From contig NC_057749.1 of the NCBI RefSeq assembly GCF_004010195.1, forward strand, positions 9,311,492-9,375,491: 64,000 nt of DNA, in the 5' to 3' direction. Within the stretch, counting starts at the first letter, position 1, and each line of letters starts with the position of its first letter. Of this stretch, positions 61,301 to 64,000 are shown piece by piece. The notes beneath the pieces are model-generated. The model did not search any database and was not told the DNA's origin. It saw only the letters and a list, made by a program, of their open reading frames with translations. The position numbers were made by a program, and so were the translations under genes. This DNA comes from Chiloscyllium plagiosum (Eukaryota).

Positions 61301-64000
61301 GGGGGGAGGTGTGGATATGTTGGACTGAATGGACTGTTTCCACACACTGTAGGGATTCTATGGATTCTATTCTACAAGACAGGGTCTGGGTCAGGCCATG
61401 TTGTCAAGGTAGTAATATTGGGCAGGCTGAAGATGCAGCTGACTCACACGTCAGGACTCAGTGGCACCGAATAACCTCACACAGTCAACTAACAAATACA
61501 TTCAGCAGCTCAGTCTCACAGGTTAAGTTCTGATTATGCTTAATACAATGGGTAAAAGCTGTCTGAAGCCTGGTTCTTAGAAGGTCTGCAAATCTGCATA
61601 AATGTAAATTTATATTTGGATTATGCTTCAATGCCTTGTTACACAAGAAAAATTGAAACCAATAGTTGATTGTATGCCATCAGCCCAACACAGGATCCTG
61701 GTTTCCATTTATCACATTCTGATTTTGGATATGACGGTTATCTAATTGAGTTTTAGCTTTTTTTAAATTCATTTGTGGGATATGTGCATCCCTGTTTGGT
61801 CAGCATTTATTGCCCATCTCCAGTTGCCTGGGACAGGAGATAAGATAAACTTTTTTTATACAATAATTTGCTACAATCTAAATTGCACTTCCAGAAAAGC
61901 TGGTGAAAGCAAATTCACTTGTAATTTTTAAAAGAGAAGTTTGTGCAGGTTTATAAAATGGACAAAAAAAATTTCAAAACTATGGTGCAAGATCAGGAGA
62001 GTGGGACTCATTGGTTAGCATTCAAAAATGTAACACAGGCATTTGTCTGAATTGGTTCCCTTTTGTACTGCGTGATATTAGGGTTAGTAAATAATACTTT
62101 GCTCCCCTCAATCCTGCCTCACTTTAAAATGTCTGAAAGCTTTCCTTTTTTAGATCGAGTCTGAAACATACTTTGCAAGAAGCTAACAAAATATGCCTTC
62201 AATCCTTACAGCAACAGCAAGATGCATTACATCATGCCTTTAACATTAAAATCCCCAAGATGCTTCAGAGGACTATTATTGGACATTTTTCACCATGCCA
62301 CATATGGAAAAATTAGGAGAAGCGACTAAAAGCCTGGTCCAGAAGGCCAGTTTTAAGGAACATCTTAAGAAGTGGAGATTTTTGCGGGCGATTTCCACAA
62401 CTTGGAGGTAATAGGCAGCTGAAGTCACAGCCACCAATGGAGGGGCAAAGAAAGTCACAGGTGCACAGGAATCCCAGAATTGGAGAAATGCAGGCATTTT
62501 TAAAGGTTGTAGAATAAAGTTGGAATGGATGAGTGTTTGGACAGATTTAAGCATACAGATGACTTGTTTTAAATTGAGGCTTTGCTGGGCTGTCCTCATC
62601 AATTGCAGTTTCCTAACAGATCTGCCATAAAAGCTATTTAGACTGTTTATTCTGTCATTCTGCAGAATGGAATGCTTCCTGTTTCCAGAGGCAGCAGCTT
62701 ACAAAGCTCTGTTGAACCAGTGTTGATTTTCCCTGAAGCAATCCAAACCCGTTTCTTTCAGATTCCCACTGATTTGCAGTTTGCTACTAGCTTGTAGCCA
62801 GTTAGCAAGATTCACCCCCATATTGTTTTACACAGTATGTTAAGAACCAGAGTTGAAATTCTATGGAAAATAAACCTATTTCTTTCCCTAACAGCCATAA
62901 TTCAGGGATGTCAGTTCAAATAGCCATTTCCAGTTAATAACAGAAAATACTTAGCGCCTTACATGACTACCAGATGTGTCAATATGGTGAATTAAATAGT
63001 TTTGATGTATATAATAGTCGTTGTTGTAATTTAGAAAAGCTGGAATTTGCACACATCAAGTTTCCACACACAGCAACATGATAAAGACCAAACAATTGGT
63101 TCTTGTGATATTGATTGAGGAATAAATACTGACAATGTTACCAGAGATAACACCACTGCTCATTTTTGACATTGCACCATGTGATCTCTTACATCCACCT
63201 GACAGAGAAGGTAAGGCCTCAGTTTTGCATCTCATTTGAAGATTAGAACTCCCAACAGTGAAGTAGTATCTTTGTACCTTCCTTGTCTGTCAACCTTGAT
63301 TTTGGTGCACAAATCTGTACTTTGACACGTGAACACAAAAGCTTCTGGTTTAAGGGTTGAGAGATCCACTATCACCTTATAGCTTAAATGATGAAGCTCA
63401 ACCTTCACATAAAGGTGTTCAACTTGGAGGGGTTAGGTATGGGGTGTTAAACTATGGACAATTCACTGATGAATTGTTTGACTTGAAAATGCTTCCAATC
63501 CACTTCAGTGTTATTGGCAGCAATAAGAACAAGAGAGATACTTGGCTGCCCGTGTGTGAGAGAGAATGTTGTACCCTCTACCATCATTTTCATAAGTCCA
63601 GACTACAAGATGCCACTAAATGTTGCAGCAGAAATCCAGACTCCTTGAGTGGAACTGTAACCTTGTTTCCTCGCTTTAACTCACAGGTGCTGAAGCCAAC
63701 TGTAGAACATTCTTTTCCTTTCGGAAGGTTAATTAACTGTTTATAGATCCAGGCTCAGACCTGGACATTTTTGGTTGTGCTCTTCATTAAAAAGTGTTCT
63801 TTTTCTGGCATGACATTGCATTTATTGTACATCCTTTAACTGAGCTTGGGAAGTAGGTGGTGAGCTATTGCCTTGACCTGCTACTGTTCATGTGGTGAAA
63901 TGCTCAAACAGTTTTGTTAGGCAAGGAGTTCCAGGATGTTGACCCAACATGATGAAGGGAAGGGGATATATTTGCAGAGTGGAATGTGGTGTGGCTTGAA

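Overview
Vertebrate genomic DNA, almost certainly a shark or other cartilaginous fish (inferred from the HE1/V-SINE, CR1/HER1-type LINE, DeuSINE and Penelope repeat complement), with two assembly gaps. The only host gene I can support is a complete cytochrome P450 1A (cyp1a) on the minus strand. It has a non-coding exon 1 (~50337-50245) and six coding exons of 840/127/90/124/87/298 bp, all GT-AG, giving 521 aa from ATG 49382 to TGA 37587. It has a TATA/CCAAT/GC-box promoter and a cluster of 8 strict AhR elements (TNGCGTG) 3.9-6.4 kb upstream. Most of the rest is degraded retroelements: CR1, Penelope (several families with minimal hammerhead ribozyme cores), Rex1/Babar, Tx1, SINEs and one Tigger-like DNA transposon. 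The most unusual observations are: (1) a Penelope-derived inverted-repeat element in intron 1 whose centre carries a two-part copy of the gene's own intron 3 and exon 3/intron 2, including a sense splice acceptor; (2) an 80-bp hairpin with a hammerhead core in the probable 3' UTR; (3) an XRE enhancer displaced by TE insertions, with XRE-forkhead composites; (4) a mosaic of CYP1A1-like and CYP1A2-like substrate-contact residues. Repeat boundaries are approximate and family names come from motif recognition, not database searches.
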